In this document: positions 25,077 to 34,216 of the stretch, piece by piece
Position numbering within the stretch: position 1 is the first letter of the stretch
Layout of the letters: every line of letters starts with the position of its first letter
Notes under the pieces: generated by a model
The model's database searches: none
Told to the model about the DNA's origin: nothing
Seen by the model: the letters and a program-made list of their open reading frames with translations, nothing else
Program-made: the position numbers and the translations under genes
Source of the DNA: Candidatus Kaiserbacteria bacterium
GTDB taxonomy: Bacteria; Patescibacteriota; Minisyncoccia; Phycocordibacterales; UBA918
NCBI GenBank assembly: GCA_043770255.1
Contig: JAYVIL010000049.1
Location: 1 to 35,313 of the forward strand
Reading direction: 5' to 3'
Length of the DNA: 35,313 nt

Positions 25077-25439
25077 TTATTCGGTGATTACTAAGTTTTT
25101 AAGCATAGGCTTTTTGAGCTTAGTGTTCGCAAGCATACCAGCAATTGTTCGCTCTACCACTACTTTGTACCCAAGACGATTACCGAGGTGATCAAGTGTC
25201 TCTTCTTTTCGCCCCCCTGGGTAACCTGAGTATGATTGGTAGATTTCTTTCTTTTTCTTTTCCGGAATATCCATCTTACTAACGTTTTTAATTTCAACAG
25301 TTACGTTAGAAACCAAGTTTTTAACAAAGTCAGGGGTGGTTTTCCCGAGTAATACTCGAGCCGCTTCTGTCGCAACAATCCCGAGCCGCTTTCCAGCAGC
25401 GTCGATTGTGTGAACGCGGTTTTGTGTTTTAGTGTCCAT
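25077..25439 (-). CDS. rplM: 50S ribosomal protein L13 (short form)
   Basis: IDA.G..LG..A, SGYPGG, GML; directly upstream of rpsI. Confidence 0.93.
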   Translation of the reverse strand: MDTKTQNRVHTIDAAGKRLGIVATEAARVLLGKTTPDFVKNLVSNVTVEIKNVSKMDIPEKKKKEIYQSYSGYPGGRKEETLDHLGNRLGYKVVVERTIAGMLANTKLKKPMLKNLVITE

Positions 25440-25447
25440 AAATAATG

Positions 25448-25804
25448 TTATTCTACAAATTCAATTACGGCTTCATCGCGTCCAGCTGGGGTACGTCCCA
25501 TTTTAATAATTCTTGTGTATCCACCGTTCCTTGTTGTGAACTTCGGAGCAATCACTTCGAACATTTTAGCTACCACATGAGCTGCTGGCTCACCTAGGCG
25601 ACTGGCAACAATTCGTCTAGCTGCTACCGTGTTCTTTTTTCCGTGAGAGATTAAACGTTCTACAAAGGGACGGAGCTCCTTGGCCTTTGCTTCAGTGGTT
25701 TTGATCTTGCCGTCACGAATAAGTGAGACGGCTAGTCCGCGCACCAAAGCTGTCCGCTGAGAGCGAACTCGTCCAAATTTTCTGTTTTTATTACCGTGTA
25801 CCAT
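25448..25804 (-). CDS. rplQ: 50S ribosomal protein L17
   Basis: I.TTEAKAKELR, RNGGYTRIIK. Confidence 0.97.
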   Translation of the reverse strand: MVHGNKNRKFGRVRSQRTALVRGLAVSLIRDGKIKTTEAKAKELRPFVERLISHGKKNTVAARRIVASRLGEPAAHVVAKMFEVIAPKFTTRNGGYTRIIKMGRTPAGRDEAVIEFVE

Positions 25805-25808
25805 ATAA

Positions 25809-26765
25809 TTATTCGCCCAGGTTTAGATTCATTGTCTCAAGAAGAGTGACGATCTCATCAACGCCTTTTGGACCAATGCCATCGAGCGCTAGAATATCAC
25901 CTTTTGACTTTCGCACAAGCCCCCCAACAGTTCTAATTGAAGCTGCTTCGAGTGCTGCAAGTGTCCGACTAGAAAGTTCTAGTGTTTCGATGCGTGTCTT
26001 GAGAACTTCGGTGTCCGGTGTCGCGACTTCTGGTGCTAATGCAACTTCAGCTACAACTGGCGTGTGACTTTGGTCCTGGAAACCGATGATGGCTTTAAGC
26101 TGATGGATCATGATCTCGATAGAGTTTTCAAGAGCTGCTCTCGGAGTAATTGTTCCATCAGTTTCAATTGAAAGTCTGAGACGGTTATAGTCAGTACGGT
26201 CACCGACGCGCATGTTTTCAACTTCGTAGTTGGCACGACGGATTGGAGTGAACACGGCATCAAGGGCAATTGTCCCGATCTCAACCTTGTCTTTTTGGTG
26301 AATCTCACGCGGAACGTAGCCTAAACCTCGTTCGATGGTGATAGCCATATCAAGTGTAGATGTTTTGGCTGTAAGCTCAGCAATGTGTTGTTTTGGATTG
26401 AGGATCTCTACTTGGGTTGGACAGGTAATGTCGGCTGCAGTTACCGCGCCAGCACCTGATTTCTTGAGATGAATTGTGATTGGTTCTTCGCCGTACAATT
26501 GGAAACGTACTCGTTTAAGGTTAAGAAGCAGGGTTATCACATCTTCGTTCATACCACTGATGGTTGAGAACTCATGACCGACACCTTCAATTTTAACTTG
26601 CGTGACTGTAGCTCCCGGAAGTGAAGCGAGGATAATTCGTCTCAGTGAGTTTCCAAGCGTGTGACCGTAGCCAGGGAACAGACCATCGATTTCATAAACA
26701 CCGTGGAATTCCTCCTCGGATACAACGCGTGGCTTTGACGGAAGTGTGACATTTGTTTCTAACAT
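25809..26765 (-). CDS. rpoA: RNA polymerase subunit alpha
   Basis: GYGHTLGNSLRRILL-like motif, HEFSTI.G..ED, alpha-CTD. Confidence 0.98.
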   Translation of the reverse strand: MLETNVTLPSKPRVVSEEEFHGVYEIDGLFPGYGHTLGNSLRRIILASLPGATVTQVKIEGVGHEFSTISGMNEDVITLLLNLKRVRFQLYGEEPITIHLKKSGAGAVTAADITCPTQVEILNPKQHIAELTAKTSTLDMAITIERGLGYVPREIHQKDKVEIGTIALDAVFTPIRRANYEVENMRVGDRTDYNRLRLSIETDGTITPRAALENSIEIMIHQLKAIIGFQDQSHTPVVAEVALAPEVATPDTEVLKTRIETLELSSRTLAALEAASIRTVGGLVRKSKGDILALDGIGPKGVDEIVTLLETMNLNLGE

Positions 26766-26802
26766 AATGTGTGAAATTTACTTTAATAAAACCGCGTTGT
26801 AC

Positions 26803-27408
26803 CTATCTACTGTAGTACTCGAGTACTTGCTCAGGGTCAAACATGAAGTCAGTGGCTTGGTATGTTGGTGCTCCAGTCACTGTTCCAGTCATCTTTTTTA
26901 CATCAAATGTAAGCCATGATGGTACACTGGTAATTTCGTGTGTGTCAGCGAGGAGTGTAAACAGCCCAGTTGCCTTACTTCCCTCACGAACGGTGATTAC
27001 GTCACTTGCAGAAACTTTGTGTGACGGAATATCGAGTCGACGTCCGTTCACGTAGATATGACCATGATTTACCATTTGACGGGCAAAGCGACGTGTCTTT
27101 GCAAGACCAAGTCGGTATACGACGTTATCAAGGCGGAATTCCAAACGTTCGATCAAAAGTGCAATCGGCTGGTGACTCTTGGTTGAAGCTTCAGCAACAT
27201 AACGACTAAGTTGCTTTTCACTAATGCCGTAGGTAAATCGCATCTTTTGCTTTTCGATGAGTTGCTTCTTGTAATCACTCGCCATGCCACCTCGTTTACG
27301 TACGCGACCTTGTCTGGCTTGAGAGATGACAAACTTTGCAGTTTGAGTCTTTTCAAAGATTGGGGCACCAAGACGCTTGGCGATTTTGTATTTAGGACCG
27401 ATTTTCAT
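26803..27408 (-). CDS. rpsD: 30S ribosomal protein S4
   Basis: QL.EKQK.RF.YG, LE.RLDNVVYRLG, ARQ.V.HGH, EYYSR. Confidence 0.98.
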   Translation of the reverse strand: MKIGPKYKIAKRLGAPIFEKTQTAKFVISQARQGRVRKRGGMASDYKKQLIEKQKMRFTYGISEKQLSRYVAEASTKSHQPIALLIERLEFRLDNVVYRLGLAKTRRFARQMVNHGHIYVNGRRLDIPSHKVSASDVITVREGSKATGLFTLLADTHEITSVPSWLTFDVKKMTGTVTGAPTYQATDFMFDPEQVLEYYSR

Positions 27409-27419
27409 ATAATAATAAA

Positions 27420-27851
27420 TTAGATACGTCGAGGCTTAGGTGGACGAGTACCGTTGAATGGTACTGGTGTCATGTCGACAATTCTAGTAATACCAATTCC
27501 CTTTCCAGAGAAAGCACGAAGAGCTGACTCACGACCAGCACCTACTCCGCGAACAACTACTTCTGCATCTTTCATACCCATTTGCTGAGCTTTTTCGCCG
27601 ATGATTTCACCAACTTTTGCAGCTGCAAAAGGTGTACTTTTCCGTGATCCTTTAAAACCTAGAGCTCCACTTGAGGCACTCATTACTGCATTACCCTTTG
27701 GATCACACAGTGTGAGTAAAGTGTTATTAAAAGTAGCCAAAATGTTTAGGCGCCCTGCGGGCACTTTGCGTTTTGGAATACGATTCAAAGCACGAGAACT
27801 TCCCGCAATGTCTGAACCTCCACTCTTCTTCATGATACGTTTCTTACCCAT
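27420..27851 (-). CDS. rpsK: 30S ribosomal protein S11
   Basis: ATFNNT, GFKGSRKSTPFAA, D.TP.P.NG.RP. Confidence 0.98.
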   Translation of the reverse strand: MGKKRIMKKSGGSDIAGSSRALNRIPKRKVPAGRLNILATFNNTLLTLCDPKGNAVMSASSGALGFKGSRKSTPFAAAKVGEIIGEKAQQMGMKDAEVVVRGVGAGRESALRAFSGKGIGITRIVDMTPVPFNGTRPPKPRRI

Positions 27852-27880
27852 ATGTCGTTACGTGTTGATTAATAATAATT

Positions 27881-28258
27881 TTAAGTCTTTTCGAGCTTAC
27901 GACGTCCACTACCCATAGTCTTCTTGGCACCTTTGAGTGTACGGGCGTTAGTTTTTGTTCGCTGACCACGAGTTGGTAGTCGTTTAGCGTGACGTGAGCC
28001 ACGGTATGAGGAGATGTCTTTGAGACGTTTAATGTTAGCAGCAATAGAACGCTTTAGTTCACCCTCAATGGTGAAGGCTTCAACACTTTCGCGAACAGCA
28101 TTTTCTTGTTCCGTTGTGAGTGTTGTTGGCTTAGCAGTCACTTCAATTTTATGTGACGTGAGAATGACTTTTGCCCGAGCAAGGCCAATACCGTATACAG
28201 CTGTAAGGCCGTAAGCTAATTGTTTATCGTCGGGAATGTTGATACCTGAAATACGCAT
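27881..28258 (-). CDS. rpsM: 30S ribosomal protein S13
   Basis: YGIG, SYRG.RH...LP.RGQRTKTNART. Confidence 0.98.
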   Translation of the reverse strand: MRISGINIPDDKQLAYGLTAVYGIGLARAKVILTSHKIEVTAKPTTLTTEQENAVRESVEAFTIEGELKRSIAANIKRLKDISSYRGSRHAKRLPTRGQRTKTNARTLKGAKKTMGSGRRKLEKT

Positions 28259-28268
28259 ACTTTTCTAA

Positions 28269-28385
28269 TTAACCTTGCCGTTGCTTATGACGGGGTTTCT
28301 TTTTATTAATAACAAACACAACACCACGTCGTTTAACGATGATATCATCTGGGCTCATTTTTTTAACTGAGGATCGTACTTTCAT
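28269..28385 (-). CDS. rpmJ: 50S ribosomal protein L36, Cys-free form
   Basis: [38 protein letters not shown], the C-terminal 38 aa of track ORF 28269..28535. Confidence 0.96.
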   Translation of the reverse strand: MKVRSSVKKMSPDDIIVKRRGVVFVINKKKPRHKQRQG

Positions 28386-28395
28386 GGTGTGATAT

Positions 28396-28620
28396 TTATA
28401 GTCGTTTGCTAATTCGTGCTTTGCCGCCGTAGGGGTCGATAACCATACCAACTTTGTCTCCAACGAGCACTCTGATTCTAAAACGTCGCATCTTGCCAGC
28501 AAGATAAGCAATTTTTGACTCCCCCGTGACATCAATGATCACACGGAAAAGAGCATTCGGGAGGGCTTCCTCCACAACGCCATATGTTAATTCATCTTTT
28601 GTCGATTCTTGCTCTGCCAT
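28396..28620 (-). CDS. infA: Translation initiation factor IF-1
   Basis: [17 protein letters not shown]...IR.L.GD.V; start at ATG 28620, with promoter TTGACG-17-TACACT (28661-28633) upstream. Confidence 0.96.
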   Translation of the reverse strand: MAEQESTKDELTYGVVEEALPNALFRVIIDVTGESKIAYLAGKMRRFRIRVLVGDKVGMVIDPYGGKARISKRL

Positions 28621-28668
28621 TACGCGAGGGTGAGTGTAACAAATCAAATAGAATTCGTCAATACATCA

Positions 28669-30063
28669 CTACGGTTTTGCTGTTGATAGATCTTCTTTTA
28701 TTGTAATATCTGACATTGTCGAAGGAAAAGTCCGCTTCCAGAATGGTCTAACCTCTACTTCTCCGCGTTCAATTCCGGTGTAATTACCAAGCACTACCGT
28801 GAAAGCTGTCTTTTCTTTACCAATCAACTCTGTTTTCATTTTTTCACCATCAAATGTCCACACAATCTTAGGAACACCGGCAATTTTGAAGGTGAGAGAC
28901 TGTTCGTTTGCTATGTTTGATTGGCTGGTGGTGGCGTTAACGTACGTAAAGGTGAGGTTCTCTAGGTTATCAATGCGTACAGTCTCCCCTTCGTAGCCGA
29001 CGATGGTTTCTTTGGCAATAAACTCAGCAAAATCTTCTTTTTTGAAAAGAGGTATTTGTAGTACAGCTTGTTCTTTAATTGTTACCAAATCATCGCCGTA
29101 TTGAGTGGGTGGTAGTGGATTATAGGTAATCGCAATTGAAGATTCAAAGTTAGTAAAGTCAGCTGGGCTTTCGGCTTTTATTTTTGCTAAAAGAGCGTTA
29201 CGGAGTTCGAGCTGGAGTGATTGCCTTGCAGTACTGAGTTCGGCTTCATTTATGATAAAACGTGGACCATTAAATCCATCGACAAAAGCACTGGTGTTTT
29301 TTGCTGAAATCGCATTAAACAAATCAGTGTAACCACCCTCTTTGAAGCCCGGTACGTTTAAAACTGTGCCAGCCGCAATATTATGCTTGTCACCGGGGAC
29401 ATCAGCGAACACCTGAGCCCTGATCACACCAGGTACACTTTTGCCATCAGTGCCGTTAACTGCTCCGGGCACAACAACTGACTCCTGAATACGAAACACT
29501 AGACCATCAGCCGTGGCAAAACGAGTATTTTTAATCAGTCGTTCAGCGCCAGGGGTTGATTTAGAGATTTCTATTTCGCCCGATGCTTGTTTGGTAACTG
29601 TTTCCTGCCCACTGGCCTTTACTTGCCGTTCACCGCTGGCATCAAGTGTCATGATTTCATAAGCTAGTTCGCCCGGTTTCATTTCTGCATAGGCTGTAAA
29701 TTCAGCGTTTACATTTAATTCTCGGACTTTTGGATAGATGGTGATCTCTGCTCCGCCGGTAAGCGCACTGATACCAAGTCCGCCAGCGATTATGAGTCCA
29801 GCTAAAAATATACCGATGTACAGGTTTCCTTTGCTACGTTTATTTCCATTGATGACAGGAATATTACCTTCAGAATCATCAAGTTCTCCGTCATAAGATT
29901 CAGTTTGATTGTGTTTAAAAGTTGGTACACTCACCGGATTTTCCGACTGGTGAGCAACACGCATATCAGAATGTGCCGGTCTGTTTTCAGTAGACGGTGC
30001 CGGACGTCTTAGCTCTCTTGGTTGGGCTGGACGAATGTCCTGCAGATTCCATTTTTGTGTCAT
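28669..30063 (-). CDS. Single-TM protein with an extracytoplasmic baseplate-J-like domain
   Basis: Low-complexity N-terminus, one TM (~aa 82-102), then A.G.I.I...L..NTRF...DG..F......VPG...V.A...G...N pattern recalled for baseplate-J-like CPR proteins. Confidence 0.6.
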   Translation of the reverse strand: MTQKWNLQDIRPAQPRELRRPAPSTENRPAHSDMRVAHQSENPVSVPTFKHNQTESYDGELDDSEGNIPVINGNKRSKGNLYIGIFLAGLIIAGGLGISALTGGAEITIYPKVRELNVNAEFTAYAEMKPGELAYEIMTLDASGERQVKASGQETVTKQASGEIEISKSTPGAERLIKNTRFATADGLVFRIQESVVVPGAVNGTDGKSVPGVIRAQVFADVPGDKHNIAAGTVLNVPGFKEGGYTDLFNAISAKNTSAFVDGFNGPRFIINEAELSTARQSLQLELRNALLAKIKAESPADFTNFESSIAITYNPLPPTQYGDDLVTIKEQAVLQIPLFKKEDFAEFIAKETIVGYEGETVRIDNLENLTFTYVNATTSQSNIANEQSLTFKIAGVPKIVWTFDGEKMKTELIGKEKTAFTVVLGNYTGIERGEVEVRPFWKRTFPSTMSDITIKEDLSTAKP

Positions 30064-30086
30064 ATAACTATTATACAGTATACTCC

Positions 30087-31319
30087 TTAAACTTGAATAA
30101 AGTCATTACAATGATGCTGTTTGTGGAAAAACTGCGCCGCAACGAGAAGAGCTGTGTCGGTATTGTGAGTCAGTAGGGCTTTTTTCTCATCTGCAGAGAA
30201 GTTTTTGGTCAGTAGTTCTGTCGACACACCATGTACTGCGTGGGTTGAATTAGTTGCTTTTTTGGCAGCAGCTTCTAGCTGACGGCCAAAAAAATCTTCG
30301 GTTTGGTGATCACCATGCATAAAGAGGATTTTAGGGATGGATAGTTTGTCACCAGTTTCATTAAACAGTTTTGCTAGGTTGTTCTGGTACTCATCAAAAA
30401 CGACCGCTACTGCTGCAAGCTTGTCAGGGCTTAATGTTTCCATAGCTCTCGTATGGTACGGCTCTTTGAGAAATGCGTATGCTTCTTCAAGCGGTATAGC
30501 AAGTACCGTAACCAGCGTGCGAGCCAGGGTGCTAATCCCAATTGGGGTGTGGGTGCAGTATTTAAGGATGCCACCACGAACAACACCAATTTCTGTGGCT
30601 TCATAGGTGATGTCAATCAGACAATATTCACTGAGCTGGTTGTAGAGCTCACGAATAATGCAGTGGAACATGAGCATAAATGAATAACGTTCCAGTACGG
30701 CATGTTTAAAAACTTTTTGCTGTATATCAGCTACCGCGTCGGTCAGGTATGTTTGGGCCACGGCACTGACTTGGGTCAACGTGAGGGTGGAAGCCATTTT
30801 TCCTTTAGGATCTTCGATTTTGTAGTCGTTAGCTTGGATATCTGTTGTCGCGCGCGTCATGATAGCTAGTCCGAGGTCTGATGCTAGTTCGTTTTCCTTT
30901 AGTTCCTCAGATATTTTCTTTTGAGCCGCTGTTATCAGGGTGCTCAGAAGCGTATCCGTAATTTCAAAGGGAGCTTCTTTGTTGTAACCAATGACTTTTG
31001 TAATCGTATATGACCAAGGTGCCGTCATAGAGACCTGTACGTACCCAATATGGGCGCCAGGATTGGTTTGCTTCAGGACTTCCCTGCCTGCACTCTCAAG
31101 CGTCAGTACAGCGTTCATGAGAGCGGTGATGACGGATTTTGCATTGATAGCGGTGTCACTTTCAGCACGTCTTGTAGCGTACTCGCGAGTAGACCAAATT
31201 ATCTCCGGATTTTTCTTTGTTTTGTCAGATTTTACAATTGAGGTCAAAACACTCCCTGAACCTATTTCAATAACAGCTCCAAAGCGAATAGCTGCGTCTG
31301 ACTTACTAAAGAGCGACAT
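30087..31319 (-). CDS. Degenerate FtsA/PilM-like actin-fold protein
   Basis: Phosphate-1-like VIEIGSGSV, phosphate-2-like LIDITYEATEIGVV, P.G...L, EEA. Confidence 0.65.
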   Translation of the reverse strand: MSLFSKSDAAIRFGAVIEIGSGSVLTSIVKSDKTKKNPEIIWSTREYATRRAESDTAINAKSVITALMNAVLTLESAGREVLKQTNPGAHIGYVQVSMTAPWSYTITKVIGYNKEAPFEITDTLLSTLITAAQKKISEELKENELASDLGLAIMTRATTDIQANDYKIEDPKGKMASTLTLTQVSAVAQTYLTDAVADIQQKVFKHAVLERYSFMLMFHCIIRELYNQLSEYCLIDITYEATEIGVVRGGILKYCTHTPIGISTLARTLVTVLAIPLEEAYAFLKEPYHTRAMETLSPDKLAAVAVVFDEYQNNLAKLFNETGDKLSIPKILFMHGDHQTEDFFGRQLEAAAKKATNSTHAVHGVSTELLTKNFSADEKKALLTHNTDTALLVAAQFFHKQHHCNDFIQV

Positions 31320-31402
31320 ATGTTTTATTATAACAAGGATTTATACATAGACTGTAAATTCTCCCCGTTTTATGAGTTGTAAATTAGTTTGGTAGAAAAA
31401 AA

Positions 31403-31511
31403 GTTACAAAGTTTAATAGTTGCATGGTTGCATGGTAACGTTCGAACAATGTAACTTTGCAACTATGCAACTATCAAACCATTCAACCATGCAACAATTA
31501 AACTATTTAAC
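31403..31511. repeat. Two opposed degenerate 8-bp arrays (4 GTTnnnnn units, then 8-9 nnnnnAAC units)
   Basis: gttacaaa gtttaata gttgcatg gttgcatg ... aatgtaac tttgcaac tatgcaac tatcaaac cattcaac catgcaac aattaaac tatttaac. Confidence 0.8.
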
Positions 31512-31518
31512 TACTATT

Positions 31519-33459
31519 TTACTCTAAAACAGCTTTGATACGCCTCACTCCGGCTGAAGAAGATTCTTCTTTGGTAATTTTGAATGTTCCATTGATATCT
31601 TCTAATTTCTCAACATGGGGCCCACCACAGAGTTCTCGCGACACAACTGCTCCGTCACTCGTTGTCATGGTGTACACCTTTACTTCATCAGGGTACCTAT
31701 CCCAGAAGCTGGCTTCAATCGTGGGATCGGTTTCGGCTTCTGTTTTCTTCATCATGTTAATCGCAACTGTTCCACCAAGCGTAATTGCCTCGTTAACAAA
31801 TTTCTCTACGGCCGTGATTTGTTCAGTGGTCATTTTGTCACCGTGTGTAAAGTCGTAACGGAGGCGTTCACCGGTAATGTTTGAACCAGCTTGATGGACG
31901 TGAGTTCCTAAGATTTGTCGCAAGCCAGCCAGCATCAGGTGGGTGGCGGAGTGGTACGCTACTACCTGCTCTGAACTATCAGCCAGTCCCCCTTTGAATT
32001 TTTGCTCAGCACCAGCTCGGGATAGGCTGCGGTGTTCTTCCATCAGGGTGTCAAACGTACTGCGTTCAACAATCAGTCCTTTTTCAGCCGCAATTTCTTC
32101 GGTTAATTCAATTGGGAAACCGTAGGTTGTATAAAGTTCAAAGGCGTTTTGTCCAGAAATAGCTTGTTTAGTAGTCGGAGCGACCGATTTATCAATCATT
32201 TTCTTTCCGTCCACTTCTTTACTCACCACGTGAACTTGGAGGGTGATTTTATTAAATTGTTTTAATCCAGCCTCTAGTGTCTTGCGAAATTGTTCTTCTT
32301 CTCTGGCGATAATATTCGCAATCGATTCTGCTTTTTCTAGTAAATATGGATACACATCACTGTACATATCAGCAATTGGCCTGACAACATTAGCAAATTT
32401 ATTTTCTCCGACACCAAGAATATCTGCATGACGTACAGATCGGCGAATCAGCCTGCGTACAAAATAACTCTGGTCAGCATTACCAGGTTCAATGCCGTCT
32501 GCAATTAAAAACACTGCCGCTTTCATATGGTCGGCAATTACGCGGAATGATTTTGTATTTTTTTCATCTTCCCCGTACTTTTTACCTGAATGTTTTTCAA
32601 AATATTCGAGTATCGGACCATGATTGGTTGGAAACACGTCAGAACTGTTGTTTACAGCGGCAGCAATACGTTCTAAACCTCCACCGTAGTCAACGTTTTT
32701 ATTGGGTAGGTTATCAAAACCAGTTTCGGTTTTAACATACTGCATAAAAACAGAATTCCCAAGTTCAATATAGCGACCGCAATCACAGTTTGGGTGGCAC
32801 TTTTCCCCCCACTTGGTATCGTGAACAGTCTTAGGGAAAAGGTAAAAAACTTCTGAATCGGGACCACCTGGTTCGCCCGCCGGCATTTTGCTTGGACCGC
32901 CGGCACGACTCCACCAGTTTTTGTCACCATAGAAGAAAATTCGCCCATCCTGATCGCCAACAACATAGCCGTTTTCCTCTGTTCCAATGTCTACTTGTTT
33001 CGTATCAAGTTGTTTCGCAGAAAAAAGTTCGGTCCAGATAGCAGCACTTTCTTCGTCTTTTGGAATATTTGCTTCGGGATTACCGATGTAACAGGTGACA
33101 TAAATCCGAGCTGGATCAAGTCCAATCTCGTCTGTAAGAAATTTCCAAAACTGTTTAATTTGTTCGTCTTTAAAATAATCACCCAGAGACCAGTTCCCCA
33201 GCATTTCAAAAAACGTTGTGTGACGATTATCGCCTACTTCTTCGATATCGCCAGAACGAAAGCATTTTTGCGAATCAGCTAACCGTGTACCCATAGGGTG
33301 TGTCTGCCCCATAAGATATGGAATAAGCGGCTGCATCCCACTGCCGGTAAATAGCGTTGTCGGGTCGTTTTCAGGCACTAAGGCAGCTGAAGGCATGATG
33401 GCATGACCATTTTGCTTCATAAACTCCAAATATTTGCTCCGAATCTCGTTTCCTGACAT
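31519..33459 (-). CDS. alaS: Alanine--tRNA ligase, short form lacking C-Ala
   Basis: DPTTLFTGSGMQP, H.TFFEMLGNWS.GDYFK, GLER; editing motifs HSATH and ELCGGPH; ends at GVRRIKA. Confidence 0.97.
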   Translation of the reverse strand: MSGNEIRSKYLEFMKQNGHAIMPSAALVPENDPTTLFTGSGMQPLIPYLMGQTHPMGTRLADSQKCFRSGDIEEVGDNRHTTFFEMLGNWSLGDYFKDEQIKQFWKFLTDEIGLDPARIYVTCYIGNPEANIPKDEESAAIWTELFSAKQLDTKQVDIGTEENGYVVGDQDGRIFFYGDKNWWSRAGGPSKMPAGEPGGPDSEVFYLFPKTVHDTKWGEKCHPNCDCGRYIELGNSVFMQYVKTETGFDNLPNKNVDYGGGLERIAAAVNNSSDVFPTNHGPILEYFEKHSGKKYGEDEKNTKSFRVIADHMKAAVFLIADGIEPGNADQSYFVRRLIRRSVRHADILGVGENKFANVVRPIADMYSDVYPYLLEKAESIANIIAREEEQFRKTLEAGLKQFNKITLQVHVVSKEVDGKKMIDKSVAPTTKQAISGQNAFELYTTYGFPIELTEEIAAEKGLIVERSTFDTLMEEHRSLSRAGAEQKFKGGLADSSEQVVAYHSATHLMLAGLRQILGTHVHQAGSNITGERLRYDFTHGDKMTTEQITAVEKFVNEAITLGGTVAINMMKKTEAETDPTIEASFWDRYPDEVKVYTMTTSDGAVVSRELCGGPHVEKLEDINGTFKITKEESSSAGVRRIKAVLE

Positions 33460-33602
33460 AGATATAGTATTAAATTAACATTCGTTACTATAACAAATTC
33501 TCACTGTTTGGCGAGTCGATAATGTTACAAATATTGACTTGCGTTAATATTTTATGCATATTATTACTGGATGAACAACTCAACCTTAAAATGGGGCAAG
33601 TA

Positions 33603-34139
33603 ATGGAAGACGAGAATCATGTAAAGTTGTCGTCGTATTGTTTTTTAAATCGTCAATTGATTCTGATGTACAACACAAAAGTTACGCTTCAATTCAAGCC
33701 ACTCACAGTAAGTGACGAAGATGAAGATGACGACCCGGTCAATAGCTACGAACTTATACTTAACGACACAGGTCGACATATACATGTACATGGACTTGAT
33801 AGCAAATGGCTCAATCCCAGCAAAGACCCACACAAGATAGATTGGGGAAAGTTAGATCTCTCCATCACTCCATCTGAAAGTCCAGAGTTCGGCCTTCAAC
33901 GCTGGATTACATTCAGTCTTTACGGCATGGAAAGTGTTCCCTACCTTAAAACTCAAACACCACAACTGCACGCCCGTTTGTTTCAGAAATCCGATGATAA
34001 AGGCTTCTTAAGTCTTCAGTCTCCGGTTTTGCAAGAATTTAAACGGCGGTTTTCAATTGAGAGTGCAGCTGATAGATTGAAGAAAGCCCAGAAAACTCTG
34101 GATAAACACCTTGCCATTGCTCCGTTTGTGACTGACTAG
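33603..34139 (+). CDS. Hypothetical protein (~178 aa)
   Basis: Open frame; promoter TTGACT (33534-33539)-17-CATATT lies inside the track ORF's 5' end, so the start is likely ATG 33603 (or 33591); hairpin plus T run at 34156-34194. Confidence 0.6.
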   Translation: MEDENHVKLSSYCFLNRQLILMYNTKVTLQFKPLTVSDEDEDDDPVNSYELILNDTGRHIHVHGLDSKWLNPSKDPHKIDWGKLDLSITPSESPEFGLQRWITFSLYGMESVPYLKTQTPQLHARLFQKSDDKGFLSLQSPVLQEFKRRFSIESAADRLKKAQKTLDKHLAIAPFVTD

Positions 34140-34216
34140 CATTGTTGGCCAAACTACCCCACTCTAGGCGGATCTCCCGCTTCGGTGGGTTTTTCGTTTT
34201 TGTTAAGTAACGCTAG

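Noticed and set aside
28386-28535. N-terminal extension of L36 in the ORF track
   Set aside because: Overlaps infA in another frame; the true start is ATG 28385.
28669-30063. Prophage or contractile injection system
   Set aside because: No other tail, sheath, capsid or integrase genes, and the protein has a TM anchor among housekeeping genes.
31403-31511. CRISPR array
   Set aside because: The period is 8 bp with no unique spacers and there are no cas genes; the same applies to 4304-4351.
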